The notes: generated by a model from the sequence alone, not told the origin. Positions 50,262 to 60,244 are shown, numbered from the stretch's first letter. The stretch: 64,000 bases of DNA from Terriglobia bacterium (GCA_965198225.1 CBDAOY010000007.1:800001-864000); one strand, 5' to 3'. Made by a program: numbers and translations.

Positions 50262-51077
50262 ATGCGTAGTGCGGAGTGGATCAATGTGACGTTTTTCCTG
50301 ACCCTGGTGGTGGGGGGCCTCCTGCGAAGCCTCCCACCGCTGCGAAAACGGAACATCTTCGCGTTCGCGGCTCTCGGTGTCGGCCTCGTGCTCCTGGGGC
50401 GCCTCTCGGCGCTGGCGCTGTCGCCGGGCTGGAGCGCCACCGTCAGAGACTGGCTTCCCGCTCCACTCGTGCTGGTTGCCTACTGGCAGGCCGGCCAGTT
50501 CTTCGAGAAGCCCTGGGTCGAACTGCAGGAACTCCTCGATCGCATCGATTCTCGATGTGCCGCCGCCTTCGCACCGCTCCGGCCCCTCGGAGAGTCGGCA
50601 TTCGTCGGTACCTATCTCGAGATCGCCTACCTGTTCGCCTATCCGACGGTTCCTCTGGCCCTGGCCGTTCTGTACGCGACAGGATTCAGCGACCATGCCG
50701 ATTCCTTCTGGACGAGCGTCCTGCTGCCGTCCTACATCTGCTACGGTGCTTTGCTGTTCCTGCCGACGCTTCCGCCGCGGCTCCTCGGTGGTGGAGACGG
50801 GGACCGGTTGCTCGCAACACATCCCGAGGAACATCGCGTCCTGAACGTTTGGCTGCTCGAGCGTTTGGGCATCGGAGCGAACACCTTCCCGAGCGGTCAT
50901 GTCGCGGCGACGACAGGAGCCGCACTCGCGATCCTGGAAGTGTCGCCCGCGGCCGGTGCGGTCTTCCTCTGGATCGCCCTGAGCATCGCCGTCAGCGTTG
51001 TCGTGCGACGCTATCACTATTTCGCGGACGCCGCCCTCGCGGCGGCTCTAGCGTTCGCAGCCTGGCTCGTGAGATGA
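50262..51077 (+). CDS. PAP2-family membrane phosphatase/phosphotransferase
   Basis: PTLPPR, FPSGHVA, RYHYFAD. Confidence 0.82.
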   Translation: MRSAEWINVTFFLTLVVGGLLRSLPPLRKRNIFAFAALGVGLVLLGRLSALALSPGWSATVRDWLPAPLVLVAYWQAGQFFEKPWVELQELLDRIDSRCAAAFAPLRPLGESAFVGTYLEIAYLFAYPTVPLALAVLYATGFSDHADSFWTSVLLPSYICYGALLFLPTLPPRLLGGGDGDRLLATHPEEHRVLNVWLLERLGIGANTFPSGHVAATTGAALAILEVSPAAGAVFLWIALSIAVSVVVRRYHYFADAALAAALAFAAWLVR

Positions 51078-51087
51078 CTACAGGCCA

Positions 51088-51324
51088 CTACAGTGCGCTG
51101 GCGACGAACCCCTTCAGGATCTGGAGCCCGATCAGCAGGATCATCGGAGAGAAATCAAGGCCGCCCATCGCTGGCAGGGCTCGTCGGATGGGGTCCAGCA
51201 ACGGCTCGGTGAGCGTGTTGACGAACTGAGAGACAGGATTGTTATGCGGAACCTGCACCCAGGAAAGGATGACAGCGACGAGAACGACGAATGAGTACGC
51301 GTCGATGAGAGTCAAGAGCAGCAT
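51088..51324 (-). CDS. yggT: YggT family membrane protein
   Basis: ILSWV...NP...LTEPLL.PIRR.LP.MGGLDFSP. Confidence 0.92.
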   Translation of the reverse strand: MLLLTLIDAYSFVVLVAVILSWVQVPHNNPVSQFVNTLTEPLLDPIRRALPAMGGLDFSPMILLIGLQILKGFVASAL

Positions 51325-51451
51325 GTTTTCTATGATAACGCGGTAGTGCTACAGGCCACTAGCAAGACGCGGCCCGCTTGCAAACGTCGTCCAGCTTCTG
51401 TGAACATTGAAGCTCTCGATCGAGACAACGATGAAAACCCGAGGAGAACCC

Positions 51452-52813
51452 ATGCCCGAACTTCTGGAGTCGATCAACCCCTCGACCGGTGAGACAGTCG
51501 GTAGCGTCGCGGTCACACCCGTCGAGGACATCGGGCCGATAGTCGCGAGGGCGCGTGCCGCGCTCCCGTCCTGGAGCGGCGTCGGCATCGCAGAACGCGG
51601 CGAACTGCTCAAGCCGGCCGGTGAACGCTTACTCGAGCAGGCGGAGGACCTGGGTGCCCTGATCACTCGTGAAATGGGTAAGACACGTCGTTCGAGCGTG
51701 GCGGAGGTATCGAACTGCGGCAAACGCTTCTCCCGGGTCGTCGATGAGATCGTCGAATCCCTGCAGCCTCAGGAGATCGAAGATCGACACACGCGGTCGA
51801 CGATCTATTACGATCCCTTCGGCGTGTGCGCGACGATCGCGCCCTGGAACTATCCGGTATCCATGGCCCAGTGGATGCTGCTGCCGGCGTTGATTGCCGG
51901 AAACACCATAGTTGTGAAGCCGTCGGAAGAGACCCCCCTCAGTGGCCAGGCCTACGTCGATATCCTGGCCGAGCAATTGCCGCCCGACGTCCTGCAGATC
52001 ATCCACGGCGCCGATCAGCAGGGCAAAGCGCTTGTCGCCTCCGACGTGGACCTGATTGCGTTTACCGGTTCGAGAGCGGCCGGCAAGCACATCCTGGCCG
52101 CCGCGGCGCCCGGGTTGAAACGGGTGATCCTGGAGCTCGGCGGCAAGGATCCGATGATCATCCTGGCCGACGCGGACCTCGATGCTGCCGCGAAGTTTGC
52201 CGTGGTCAGTTGCTTCGAAAACGCCGGGCAGATGTGCATCTCGACCGAACGCATCTACGTGGACGAAGCGGTCGCCGAGGAGTTTCAACTCAAGCTCGTC
52301 GACCTGATGGCCGAATGGAAGGTCGGCGACGGCCTGGAAGAGGGCGTCCGGATGGGCCCGATGGTCCACGCGGAGCAGAAGAACCACGTCCTGTCTCACG
52401 TCAGCAAGGCCGTGGCAAAGGGAGCGACGGTTGTGGCCGGCGGGGAAGGGCATCACGATGGCTTCGTGATGCCCACCATTCTCGCCGACGTCACCGATGA
52501 CATGGAGATCATGCGCGAGGAAACGTTCGGACCCGTTGCCTGCATCCGCCCGTTCAAGGATGTCGATGAGGCTGTCGGCCAGGCCAACGACAATCCGTAC
52601 GGGCTTGGAGCCACGGTCTTCGGCCGGGACGAGGATAACGCCATGGCCGTTGCCCGGCGCCTCGACGCGGGAATGATCGGCGTCAACCGGGGTTGCTTCG
52701 GCGCTTCCGGCGCACCCTGGGTCGGCGCCAAGGAAAGCGGCTACGGCTTCCACAGTTCAGTCGCCGGCCACCGACAGTTCGCCCAGACCCGCGTCGTCAG
52801 TAGAGGAAAGTAG
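51452..52813 (+). CDS. Aldehyde dehydrogenase
   Basis: PWNYP, KPSEETP, FTGS, LELGGKD, GQMCIS, EETFGP. Confidence 0.92.
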   Translation: MPELLESINPSTGETVGSVAVTPVEDIGPIVARARAALPSWSGVGIAERGELLKPAGERLLEQAEDLGALITREMGKTRRSSVAEVSNCGKRFSRVVDEIVESLQPQEIEDRHTRSTIYYDPFGVCATIAPWNYPVSMAQWMLLPALIAGNTIVVKPSEETPLSGQAYVDILAEQLPPDVLQIIHGADQQGKALVASDVDLIAFTGSRAAGKHILAAAAPGLKRVILELGGKDPMIILADADLDAAAKFAVVSCFENAGQMCISTERIYVDEAVAEEFQLKLVDLMAEWKVGDGLEEGVRMGPMVHAEQKNHVLSHVSKAVAKGATVVAGGEGHHDGFVMPTILADVTDDMEIMREETFGPVACIRPFKDVDEAVGQANDNPYGLGATVFGRDEDNAMAVARRLDAGMIGVNRGCFGASGAPWVGAKESGYGFHSSVAGHRQFAQTRVVSRGK

Positions 52814-52952
52814 TGTAGGTGCGGTCTATGACCGCACATTCCTCGAACCGCAGCAACGTGCGCTCACAGACGCACCTACACCCGAGCGAAGATCTGTCGT
52901 CTGCGGGAAAAGACGCAGGTCACGCAAGTGTATGTGCGGTCTATGACCGCAC
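52813..52952. repeat. GTAG REPIN doublet with degenerate right arm (52813-52881) plus singlet (52928-52952)
   Basis: Same REP family as the other copies. Confidence 0.8.
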
Positions 52953-53009
52953 ATCTTCCGGCGGCGCAGCCGCCAACCGCCAACGGCCTACGTACTACTT
53001 CCTCCCCCC

Positions 53010-54638
53010 TCACCCCAACGCCGATAGGAACCTCGGCGCTTCCCGATGGTTCGTCGCCTGCTCGAAGGCGTAGGCTATCTTCAGCAGTGTCGGTTCGCTC
53101 CACGCCCGCCCGAAGAAGGAGATACCCACGGGAAGACCCGCCACGAAGCCCATGGGAACGGTGATGTCCGGGTAGCCAGCGACCGCCGCGGGCCGCGAAC
53201 TGAAGCCCGTCGCCTGATCGCCGTTGACGTGATCCGTCATCCAGGCGGGGTTCCCCGTCGGTGCGATGATCGCGTCGAGGTTGTGCTCGTCCATGAGCGC
53301 ATCGATTCCTTCGCGTCTGGAATAGCGCCGGTTGTTCGCCAGGGCGTCGCGGTAAGCCTGATCGGTGAGGGGACCCTTTGCTTCGGAGTCGACGAGGATT
53401 TCCTGACCGAAGAAAGGCATCGAGCGATCCCGGTTTTCTTCGTTGAAGGCGATGATTTCCGCCAGGCGCTTCACCGGGGCCGCCGGACCCAGACCCTCCA
53501 GGTATGCGTTGAGGCTGGCCTTGAACTCATACATCATCGCCTCGAATTCCGAGTCCCCGTACTTGTCCATGTTCGGGACATCTGCCGGATCGACGATCGT
53601 CGCGCCCCCGGCCGCCATCGCCGTAACCGCCTCATCGAACAGAGCCACGACTCGCGCATCAAAGCCGGGGAAATTGCGCGCGACCCCTATTCGCGCGTCC
53701 CGCAGGCCACCTGCCTCGAGAAACTGGGTGTAGTCGTCGTAGGAATTGCCCTCGCTTGCAGCCGTCGCGTCGTCCCGGGGGTCGACGCCGGTCAGCGCAC
53801 CAAGCAGCACGGCCCCGTCGCGCACCGTCCGGACCATCGGGCCTGCGGTGTCTTGAATGTGCGAGATGGGGATGATTCCCGCGCGGCTTACCAAGCCGAC
53901 CGTCGGCTTGACGCCGACGATGCCGTTGCGCGTGGACGGACACACGATGGAACCGTCGGTTTCGGTTCCGATCGCAAGCGCTCCGAGGTTTGCTGCGATC
54001 GCGACACCGGACCCGGAACTCGAGCCACAGGGATTGCGGTCCAGCGCGTACGGGTTGCGACATTGCCCGCCTCGTCCGCTCCATCCACTCGAGGACATCG
54101 TGGACCGGAAATTTGCCCACTCGCTCAGATTCGCTTTCGCGAGGATTATGGCGCCCGCTTCCCGGAGTTTCTGTGCGACGGAAGAATCCTGCGCCGGGAT
54201 CGACCCTTCCAGGGCAAGCGACCCCGCCGTCGTCGTCATCTGATCGGCGGTGTCGATGTTGTCCTTGATGATCACGGGGATTCCATGAAGCGGTCCGCGT
54301 GTAGTGCCCGACCCGCGTTCCGCATCGAATTGGTCGGCAATCTCCAGTGCCTGGGGATTGGTTTCGATGATCGAGCCCAGGCCCGGCCCTTGACGGTCCA
54401 GTTCGTCGATCCGACCCAGATACAACTCGGTGATCGAACGGGCCGTACGTTGGCCCGATTCCATGCTTTCCTGGAGGGCCGCGACGGTGGTTTCATCGAG
54501 TTCGAACGGGGTTGTGGCCGGATCCGCACCCTCGGACTCCGTGTCCGTTTCGCTGCCGGGTGTACATCCCGTGGATGCCGCCGCGAGCCCGGCGCCCCCC
54601 ATAATTGTCGTTCCCAGGAACCGTCTTCGATTGATCAT
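53010..54638 (-). CDS. Tat-exported amidase (amidase signature family)
   Basis: NRRRFL signal, IKDNID, GSSSGS, GTETDGSIVCP. Confidence 0.92.
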   Translation of the reverse strand: MINRRRFLGTTIMGGAGLAAASTGCTPGSETDTESEGADPATTPFELDETTVAALQESMESGQRTARSITELYLGRIDELDRQGPGLGSIIETNPQALEIADQFDAERGSGTTRGPLHGIPVIIKDNIDTADQMTTTAGSLALEGSIPAQDSSVAQKLREAGAIILAKANLSEWANFRSTMSSSGWSGRGGQCRNPYALDRNPCGSSSGSGVAIAANLGALAIGTETDGSIVCPSTRNGIVGVKPTVGLVSRAGIIPISHIQDTAGPMVRTVRDGAVLLGALTGVDPRDDATAASEGNSYDDYTQFLEAGGLRDARIGVARNFPGFDARVVALFDEAVTAMAAGGATIVDPADVPNMDKYGDSEFEAMMYEFKASLNAYLEGLGPAAPVKRLAEIIAFNEENRDRSMPFFGQEILVDSEAKGPLTDQAYRDALANNRRYSRREGIDALMDEHNLDAIIAPTGNPAWMTDHVNGDQATGFSSRPAAVAGYPDITVPMGFVAGLPVGISFFGRAWSEPTLLKIAYAFEQATNHREAPRFLSALG

Positions 54639-54861
54639 AATGTCTCCTCGTTTTTCTGTTCAGGAAGACTAAGAAACTATTCGAATTCCGAGATCAAGTC
54701 GAGCAGGAATCGGTGGAAGGAATCAAGACCCTCCGACGATGAAGTGGTCAGTGGTCGGTGTTGCGATGCCGCCGCGAGCCCGGCGCCCCCCATAATTGTC
54801 GTTCCCAGGAACCGTCTTCGATTGATCATAATGTCTCCTCGTTTTTCTGTTCAGGAAGACT
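54574..54861. repeat. Perfect 97-bp direct repeat (54574-54670 and 54765-54861) of the amidase 5' end and RBS
   Basis: Identical copies separated by 94 bp. Confidence 0.9.
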
Positions 54862-54969
54862 GGGCAGCGGGAAGTTCCTCCTGTTGCCCGGGTCCGAGCG
54901 CAGCGCTAGAATGGGCAGCGACACCCGTCCGAACAACCGTATCTCGGGAACTTTTAGGAGGACTGAAGT

Positions 54970-55794
54970 ATGACTCCATTGGCTTCTCGCCTGTTGGTCG
55001 TCATGGTTTTTGCGGTGACCACGGCCACCCTCCTCGGTGCGCAGACCCTCCATACCGTATCGTTCCAGGGTGACGAACTCGAGAGTTTCCTGCAGAACGC
55101 CGAGGTCACGGATCTGGAAGGAACCGAGGAGGGCGTCACCCGTCCCAAGAAGGCGACGCTCGAATTGGACTCCCGGACACACTTTGCGCTTTTCAAGACC
55201 ATCGACGTCTTCAGACCCGGATTCACGAGGATGCGCAACGGCGTTATAGAGGTCGATTTCCAGGACAGTTGGAAGACAGATGTCGCGGCCTACGAGCTGG
55301 ACAAGATGATCGGCCTCGGCATGGTTCCGACGACGGTCGAGCGGCGCCACCGGGGCGATCGGGGCTCGATGCAATGGTGGGTCGACAACACCATGTCCGA
55401 GTTGGACCGCGTCGAGGATGGAATCGCCCCGCCCGATCCGCAGGCCTGGAGCGAAATGGTCTACAAGATGCGCTTGTTCGACAGCCTCATCTACAACGTG
55501 GATCGACAAACGCGAAACATGCTCGTCACCGAGGATTGGCGGATCGTTCTGATCGATCACTCTCGATCGTTCCGAACCACGGCGGAACTTCGCAAACCGG
55601 ACCAGATGACCCGGTTCTCGAAGTCACTTCTCGAGAACATTGCTAAGCTGGATGAAGAAGCCTTGAAAGAGCGTCTCGGAAACTATCTGACGGTATATCA
55701 GATTCGCGCCATCCTGGAACGCCGGGACCTGATACTGGGGCACGCCAAGGAACTGGTCCGCCAGAGGGGCGAGGAACGGGTTCTGTTTCCTTGA
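54970..55794 (+). CDS. Exported atypical protein-kinase-like protein (PI3/PI4K-, Fam20C-like fold)
   Basis: AGGAGG RBS, signal peptide, ALFK, AAYELD..LG.GMVPTTV.R, GSMQ.W, FDSLIYNVDRQTRN, LIDHSRSF. Confidence 0.7.
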   Translation: MTPLASRLLVVMVFAVTTATLLGAQTLHTVSFQGDELESFLQNAEVTDLEGTEEGVTRPKKATLELDSRTHFALFKTIDVFRPGFTRMRNGVIEVDFQDSWKTDVAAYELDKMIGLGMVPTTVERRHRGDRGSMQWWVDNTMSELDRVEDGIAPPDPQAWSEMVYKMRLFDSLIYNVDRQTRNMLVTEDWRIVLIDHSRSFRTTAELRKPDQMTRFSKSLLENIAKLDEEALKERLGNYLTVYQIRAILERRDLILGHAKELVRQRGEERVLFP

Positions 55795-56006
55795 GGGCGA
55801 CTGAAACCGGAAAAAGTGAAGTTTCACCAGGCCGGTAACGTTCCCGGGAAGCCCTGGCTGCTTCCAATCTCATCACAACATCTGCACGTTCCTCGAGATC
55901 GATGAGCGCCAGGGCCAGCCGTCATCGTGACGGATTTGATGAGGCCAGAGGCTTGAGGAGAAGTGCGAGCCGACCTAGAGCAAGCAGTCCGCTAGAGAGG
56001 AACCAC

Positions 56007-57659
56007 GTGAAAGCATCCGATTTATTGGTTAGATGTCTGGAAGAAGAAGGTATCGAGTACGTATTTGGCGTGCCGGGCGAAGAAAACGCCGATTTCGTGA
56101 TGTCCCTCGAGCAGTCGAATAAGATCAAATTCATTCTGACGCGCCACGAACAGGGCGCCTCCTTCATGGCCGAGATCTACGGCCGGCTGACCGGCAATCC
56201 CGCCGGCTGCCTTGGAACGCTGGGTCCCGGTGCAACCAATCTGATTACCGGTGTCGCCGACGCCAACATGGATCGCGCGCCGATTCTGGTGCTGACGGGC
56301 CAGGGATCGACGGACCGGCTGCACAAAGAGTCGCATCAAATCATGGATGTCGTGAGCATGTTCACGCCGGTGACCAAGTGGGCGGCGACGATCCTGAATG
56401 CCGACACTATCCCGGAAGTCGTCAGAAAAGCCGTTCGGCTGACACGGACGGAGAAGCCCGGCGCTGTGCACATCGAGCTGCCGGAAGACATCGCGAGCAT
56501 GGATTCGTCCGGAAAACCGATGACGCCGCACCGTTTTCGCCGCTCGGTGCCGGACAGCAAGATTGTCGACACGGCATTTGCCATGCTGCAGGACTCTACA
56601 CGGCCGATCATTCTTGCGGGCAACGGCTGCATTCGCAAGCGGGCAAGCAAACAGCTCCGGCTGCTGTGTGAAAAAACCGGCATTGGCGTCGTCAGTACCT
56701 TTATGGCGAAAGGCTGTGTCGACATGGATGCGGCCTATTGCCTCTATACCGTCGGGCTTGGCACCAAGGACCGTATTTCGATTGCAATAGACGATGCAGA
56801 CCTCGTGATCGCGCTCGGCTTCGACATGGTCGAATATGATCCGCAACTGTGGAATCCGAACGGCGACCGGCGGATTCTCCACGTCGACTTTCTACCTGCC
56901 GAAGTCGATTCGCACTATAACCCGGCAGCGGAACTGGTGGGCGACCTTGCGCACGCGTTGTGGATGCTGAATGAGCGATTCGACGAGCATGGGGTACCGG
57001 AATTCGATTTCTCCCTGCAACGGAGTTGCCGGGACGAAATGACGGTGGATTTTGCGGAATACAAAGATGATGAGACCGAAGACGTGATTCGACCACAGAA
57101 GGCCTTGTGGGACGCCAGGCAGGTCATGGGTCCGTTCGATATCCTGCTGTCCGATGTCGGTGCTCACAAGATGTGGATTGCGCGGCACTACCAGTGCCAT
57201 GAGCCGAATACCTGTCTGATTCCAAACGGCTTCTGCTCCATGGGCTTTGCCCTACCCGGCGCTATTGCTGCCGGCATCGTGCATCCCGAGCGACGCATTC
57301 TCGCCGTCGCCGGCGACGCCGGATTCCTGATGAACGTGCAGGAAATGGAAACCGCGGCGAGAATCGGCAGCAACATCGTCGTCATGGTGTGGGAAGACAA
57401 GGAATACGGTCTGATTGCCTGGAAACAGGAGACCCGCTTTGGTCGCCATACCGACCTGGCGTTCGGCAATCCGGAATGGAGAACGCTGGCTCAGGCGTTC
57501 GGTTGGCACGGGCACTACGTGAAGAATGCAGCCGACCTGGCCCCTACACTTGAAGCCGGGTTCCAGGAAGACGGGCCGAGCCTGGTGGTCATTCCGATCG
57601 ATTATCGCGAGAACCGGCTACTGACCAAGAAGCTCGGAGAAATCACATGCAAGATTTGA
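56007..57659 (+). CDS. Acetolactate synthase-like ThDP enzyme (OgdA/2-oxoglutarate decarboxylase-like clade)
   Basis: FGVPGEEN, RHEQGA, TLGPGATN, ESHQ, DVGAHKMWIAR, GDAGFLMN. Confidence 0.85.
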   Translation: MKASDLLVRCLEEEGIEYVFGVPGEENADFVMSLEQSNKIKFILTRHEQGASFMAEIYGRLTGNPAGCLGTLGPGATNLITGVADANMDRAPILVLTGQGSTDRLHKESHQIMDVVSMFTPVTKWAATILNADTIPEVVRKAVRLTRTEKPGAVHIELPEDIASMDSSGKPMTPHRFRRSVPDSKIVDTAFAMLQDSTRPIILAGNGCIRKRASKQLRLLCEKTGIGVVSTFMAKGCVDMDAAYCLYTVGLGTKDRISIAIDDADLVIALGFDMVEYDPQLWNPNGDRRILHVDFLPAEVDSHYNPAAELVGDLAHALWMLNERFDEHGVPEFDFSLQRSCRDEMTVDFAEYKDDETEDVIRPQKALWDARQVMGPFDILLSDVGAHKMWIARHYQCHEPNTCLIPNGFCSMGFALPGAIAAGIVHPERRILAVAGDAGFLMNVQEMETAARIGSNIVVMVWEDKEYGLIAWKQETRFGRHTDLAFGNPEWRTLAQAFGWHGHYVKNAADLAPTLEAGFQEDGPSLVVIPIDYRENRLLTKKLGEITCKI

Positions 57660-59077
57660 TGCTGGAGAGCAGCCGGCCAGCGACCGGCACACTCTCAGTC
57701 AAGTCACCGTTCGATGGTCGTGAGCTCGACCAGATCGCAACGGCAGGGCCGGATCACGTGGACGACGCGATGTTCGCCGCGAGCGCATTGTTTCGCGACA
57801 GAGAATGCTGGCCCTCGATTCCAGAGCGGGTTGAGCTCCTCAACAAGGCCGCCGCCATCATGAGCGGGCAGATTGAGGAACTCACCCTGCTGGCGGCAAG
57901 CGAAGGGGGCAAACCCTACAGGGACTCGAAAGTGGAGGTAATCCGTGCCGTCGATGGCGTACATCTGTGTGTCGAAACGCTGCGCGCCCACTCGGGCTCC
58001 GTCATTCCGATCGGCTCAACCAAGGCGACCACCGGCAGGCTTGCATTCACGCAGAAGGAACCCATTGGCGTCGTCGTCGCGGTGAGCGCGTTCAACCATC
58101 CGTTGAACCTGATCGTTCATCAGGTCGGGCCGGCCGTAGCAACAGGTTGTCCTGTCATTGTGAAGCCGGCCGCCGAAACGCCGCTATCCTGCCTGCGCTT
58201 CGTCGAAATACTCCGCGAAGCAGGGCTGCCCGACGCATGGTGTCAGGCGATCGTGACGGACGACCTGGCAACAGCCGAAAAGCTGGTCACCGATGCGCGT
58301 GTTGGGTTTTTCAGTTTTATCGGCAGCGCCCGTGTTGGTTGGATGCTTCGTTCAAGACTGGCCCCCGGGACACGCTGCGCCCTGGAGCACGGCGGCGCCG
58401 CGCCTGTCATACTTGCAGATCCATACGACAGGGAACTCGCCCTCACGTCCATCCTCAAGGGTGGCTTCTACCATGCCGGCCAGGTCTGCGTGTCGGTTCA
58501 GCGAGTGTTCGCGCCCGTCGCAGACGCGGCCGAGTTTGCCGATGCCCTGGCGAAGCGTGCAGAGGCGCTTGTCGTTGGTGCGCCGGAAGATCCCGGAACC
58601 GATGTAGGTCCTCTTATCCGTACCGGCGAGGTCGATAGAGTTGCCGAGTGGGTCGATGAAGCCGTGGCGGCAGGTGCCAAACTGGTTTGTGGCGGCAACA
58701 AGATCTCAGACAGCTGCTACGCCCCAAGCGTACTGTTCGATCCGCCCGACGACGTCCGCGTCAGCACGATGGAGATTTTTGGTCCGGTCGTCTGCGTCTA
58801 CCCGTTTGACGATGTCGACGCCGCTGTTCAACAGGCAAACTCGCTGCCGGTGGCATTTCAAGCCGCCGTCTTCAGCGACGATAGCGAGCAGGCGATGCGC
58901 TTGTACAAACAACTGGACGCCTCTGCAGTCATGATTAACGACCACACTGCTTTTCGTGACGATGTCATGCCGTTTGCCGGGCTGCGCGAGTCCGGCCTTG
59001 GCGTCGGCGGCATTCCTTACACCATGGAAGACATGCAGATCGATAAAATGATGGTCATGAAATCTGCGGGGTTATAA
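57647..59077 (+). CDS. Aldehyde dehydrogenase
   Basis: AFNHPLN, KPA, FIGS, LEHGG, GQVCVS, EIFGP; overlaps the upstream gene. Confidence 0.9.
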   Translation: MQDLMLESSRPATGTLSVKSPFDGRELDQIATAGPDHVDDAMFAASALFRDRECWPSIPERVELLNKAAAIMSGQIEELTLLAASEGGKPYRDSKVEVIRAVDGVHLCVETLRAHSGSVIPIGSTKATTGRLAFTQKEPIGVVVAVSAFNHPLNLIVHQVGPAVATGCPVIVKPAAETPLSCLRFVEILREAGLPDAWCQAIVTDDLATAEKLVTDARVGFFSFIGSARVGWMLRSRLAPGTRCALEHGGAAPVILADPYDRELALTSILKGGFYHAGQVCVSVQRVFAPVADAAEFADALAKRAEALVVGAPEDPGTDVGPLIRTGEVDRVAEWVDEAVAAGAKLVCGGNKISDSCYAPSVLFDPPDDVRVSTMEIFGPVVCVYPFDDVDAAVQQANSLPVAFQAAVFSDDSEQAMRLYKQLDASAVMINDHTAFRDDVMPFAGLRESGLGVGGIPYTMEDMQIDKMMVMKSAGL

Positions 59078-59141
59078 GAAGCAATCGCGAACACCACCAC
59101 GGGGCTATTCCCGTCGAAGAGTCCCTGAAACTTGCCGAGGT

Positions 59142-60197
59142 GTGATCATGTCGTACTCGAACGAACTGAGATTCGCAGTGGGGTGGACCGTTGTCATGGC
59201 GCTCCTCATTAGCGTCGAGGCCTTTACGCAGGCCCTTCCTAATCCGTATCGCGCCGTTGATGGTTGGGCCAAGTTACCCGGCGGCAGGGAAATGGGCGCC
59301 GTTGGCGGGGTCGACATCGATCCTGATGGAGAGCATATCTGGGCTGTGATCCGCTGTGATGCCGGGCCGGATCGATTCGGCTATGAGTGTCTGGACTCGG
59401 ACCTGGATCCGGTCCTGAAGTTCGACCCGGCCGGCAATGTCGTGGAGAGCTTCGGCAGCGGTATGTTCATATGGCCGCACGGGATCGAGTTGGATCCGGC
59501 CGGCAACGTGTGGGTCACCGACGCGGTGAGCGCCCAACGAACGCCCGAAGGAACCCGAGGGCACAAGGTCGTCAAGTTCGACCCCAGGGGTGAGGTGTTG
59601 ATGACGCTGGGCACGCCGGGAGTTCCGGGAAGCGGTCCGGACCACTTCAACTCCCCCAGTGACGTCGTCGTGGCAGACAATGGCGACATTTTCGTCGCCG
59701 ATGGTCACGGTGCCGACACGAACAACCGGGTCGTGAAGTTTTCCAGTGACGGGACCTTCATCAGGGCGTGGGGACAGACCGGCTATGCGCCGGGTGAGTT
59801 CCGGACGCTCCACGCGATCGCGATGGACTCACGAGGGCGCGTATTCGTCGCAGACCGGTCGAACAACCGCGTGCAGATCTTCGATCGGGACGGAGACTTT
59901 ATCGCGGTGTGGACGCAGTTCGGGCGGCCGAGTGGCATCTTTTTTGACGACAACGACAGGATTTACGTGGCCGACTCGGAGTCGGACGACGTGCAGAACC
60001 CGGGCTGGGAGATGGGCATCCGCATCGGAGATGCGCTCTCCGGCTGGATTTCCGAGTTCATTCTCTATCCGTGGGGAGATCCGCGCGTTACTGCCGGCAA
60101 TGGTGCGGAGTTCGTCGCCCTCGATCGCGCCGGCAACCTGTACGGTGGCGAGCCCCGCCCGAGGAAGTTGCAGAAGTATGCCAGGGTTCGGCGGTAG
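59142..60197 (+). CDS. Exported NHL-repeat protein (peptidyl-alpha-hydroxyglycine lyase-like)
   Basis: WPHGI, FNSPSDV, VADG, NNRVVKF, ADRSNNRVQIF repeats. Confidence 0.85.
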   Translation: MIMSYSNELRFAVGWTVVMALLISVEAFTQALPNPYRAVDGWAKLPGGREMGAVGGVDIDPDGEHIWAVIRCDAGPDRFGYECLDSDLDPVLKFDPAGNVVESFGSGMFIWPHGIELDPAGNVWVTDAVSAQRTPEGTRGHKVVKFDPRGEVLMTLGTPGVPGSGPDHFNSPSDVVVADNGDIFVADGHGADTNNRVVKFSSDGTFIRAWGQTGYAPGEFRTLHAIAMDSRGRVFVADRSNNRVQIFDRDGDFIAVWTQFGRPSGIFFDDNDRIYVADSESDDVQNPGWEMGIRIGDALSGWISEFILYPWGDPRVTAGNGAEFVALDRAGNLYGGEPRPRKLQKYARVRR

Positions 60198-60244
60198 CCT
60201 GTAAGGGGTGTCCGAGCGGCGAAGATGGTGAAACGTCAGGATCG

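Noticed and set aside
53046-55073. 675-aa plus-strand ORF and other long antisense ORFs (e.g. 47530-48804, 9030-10103, 48925-50004)
   Set aside because: Shadow frames of well-supported opposite-strand genes in GC-rich DNA, with no recognisable motifs.
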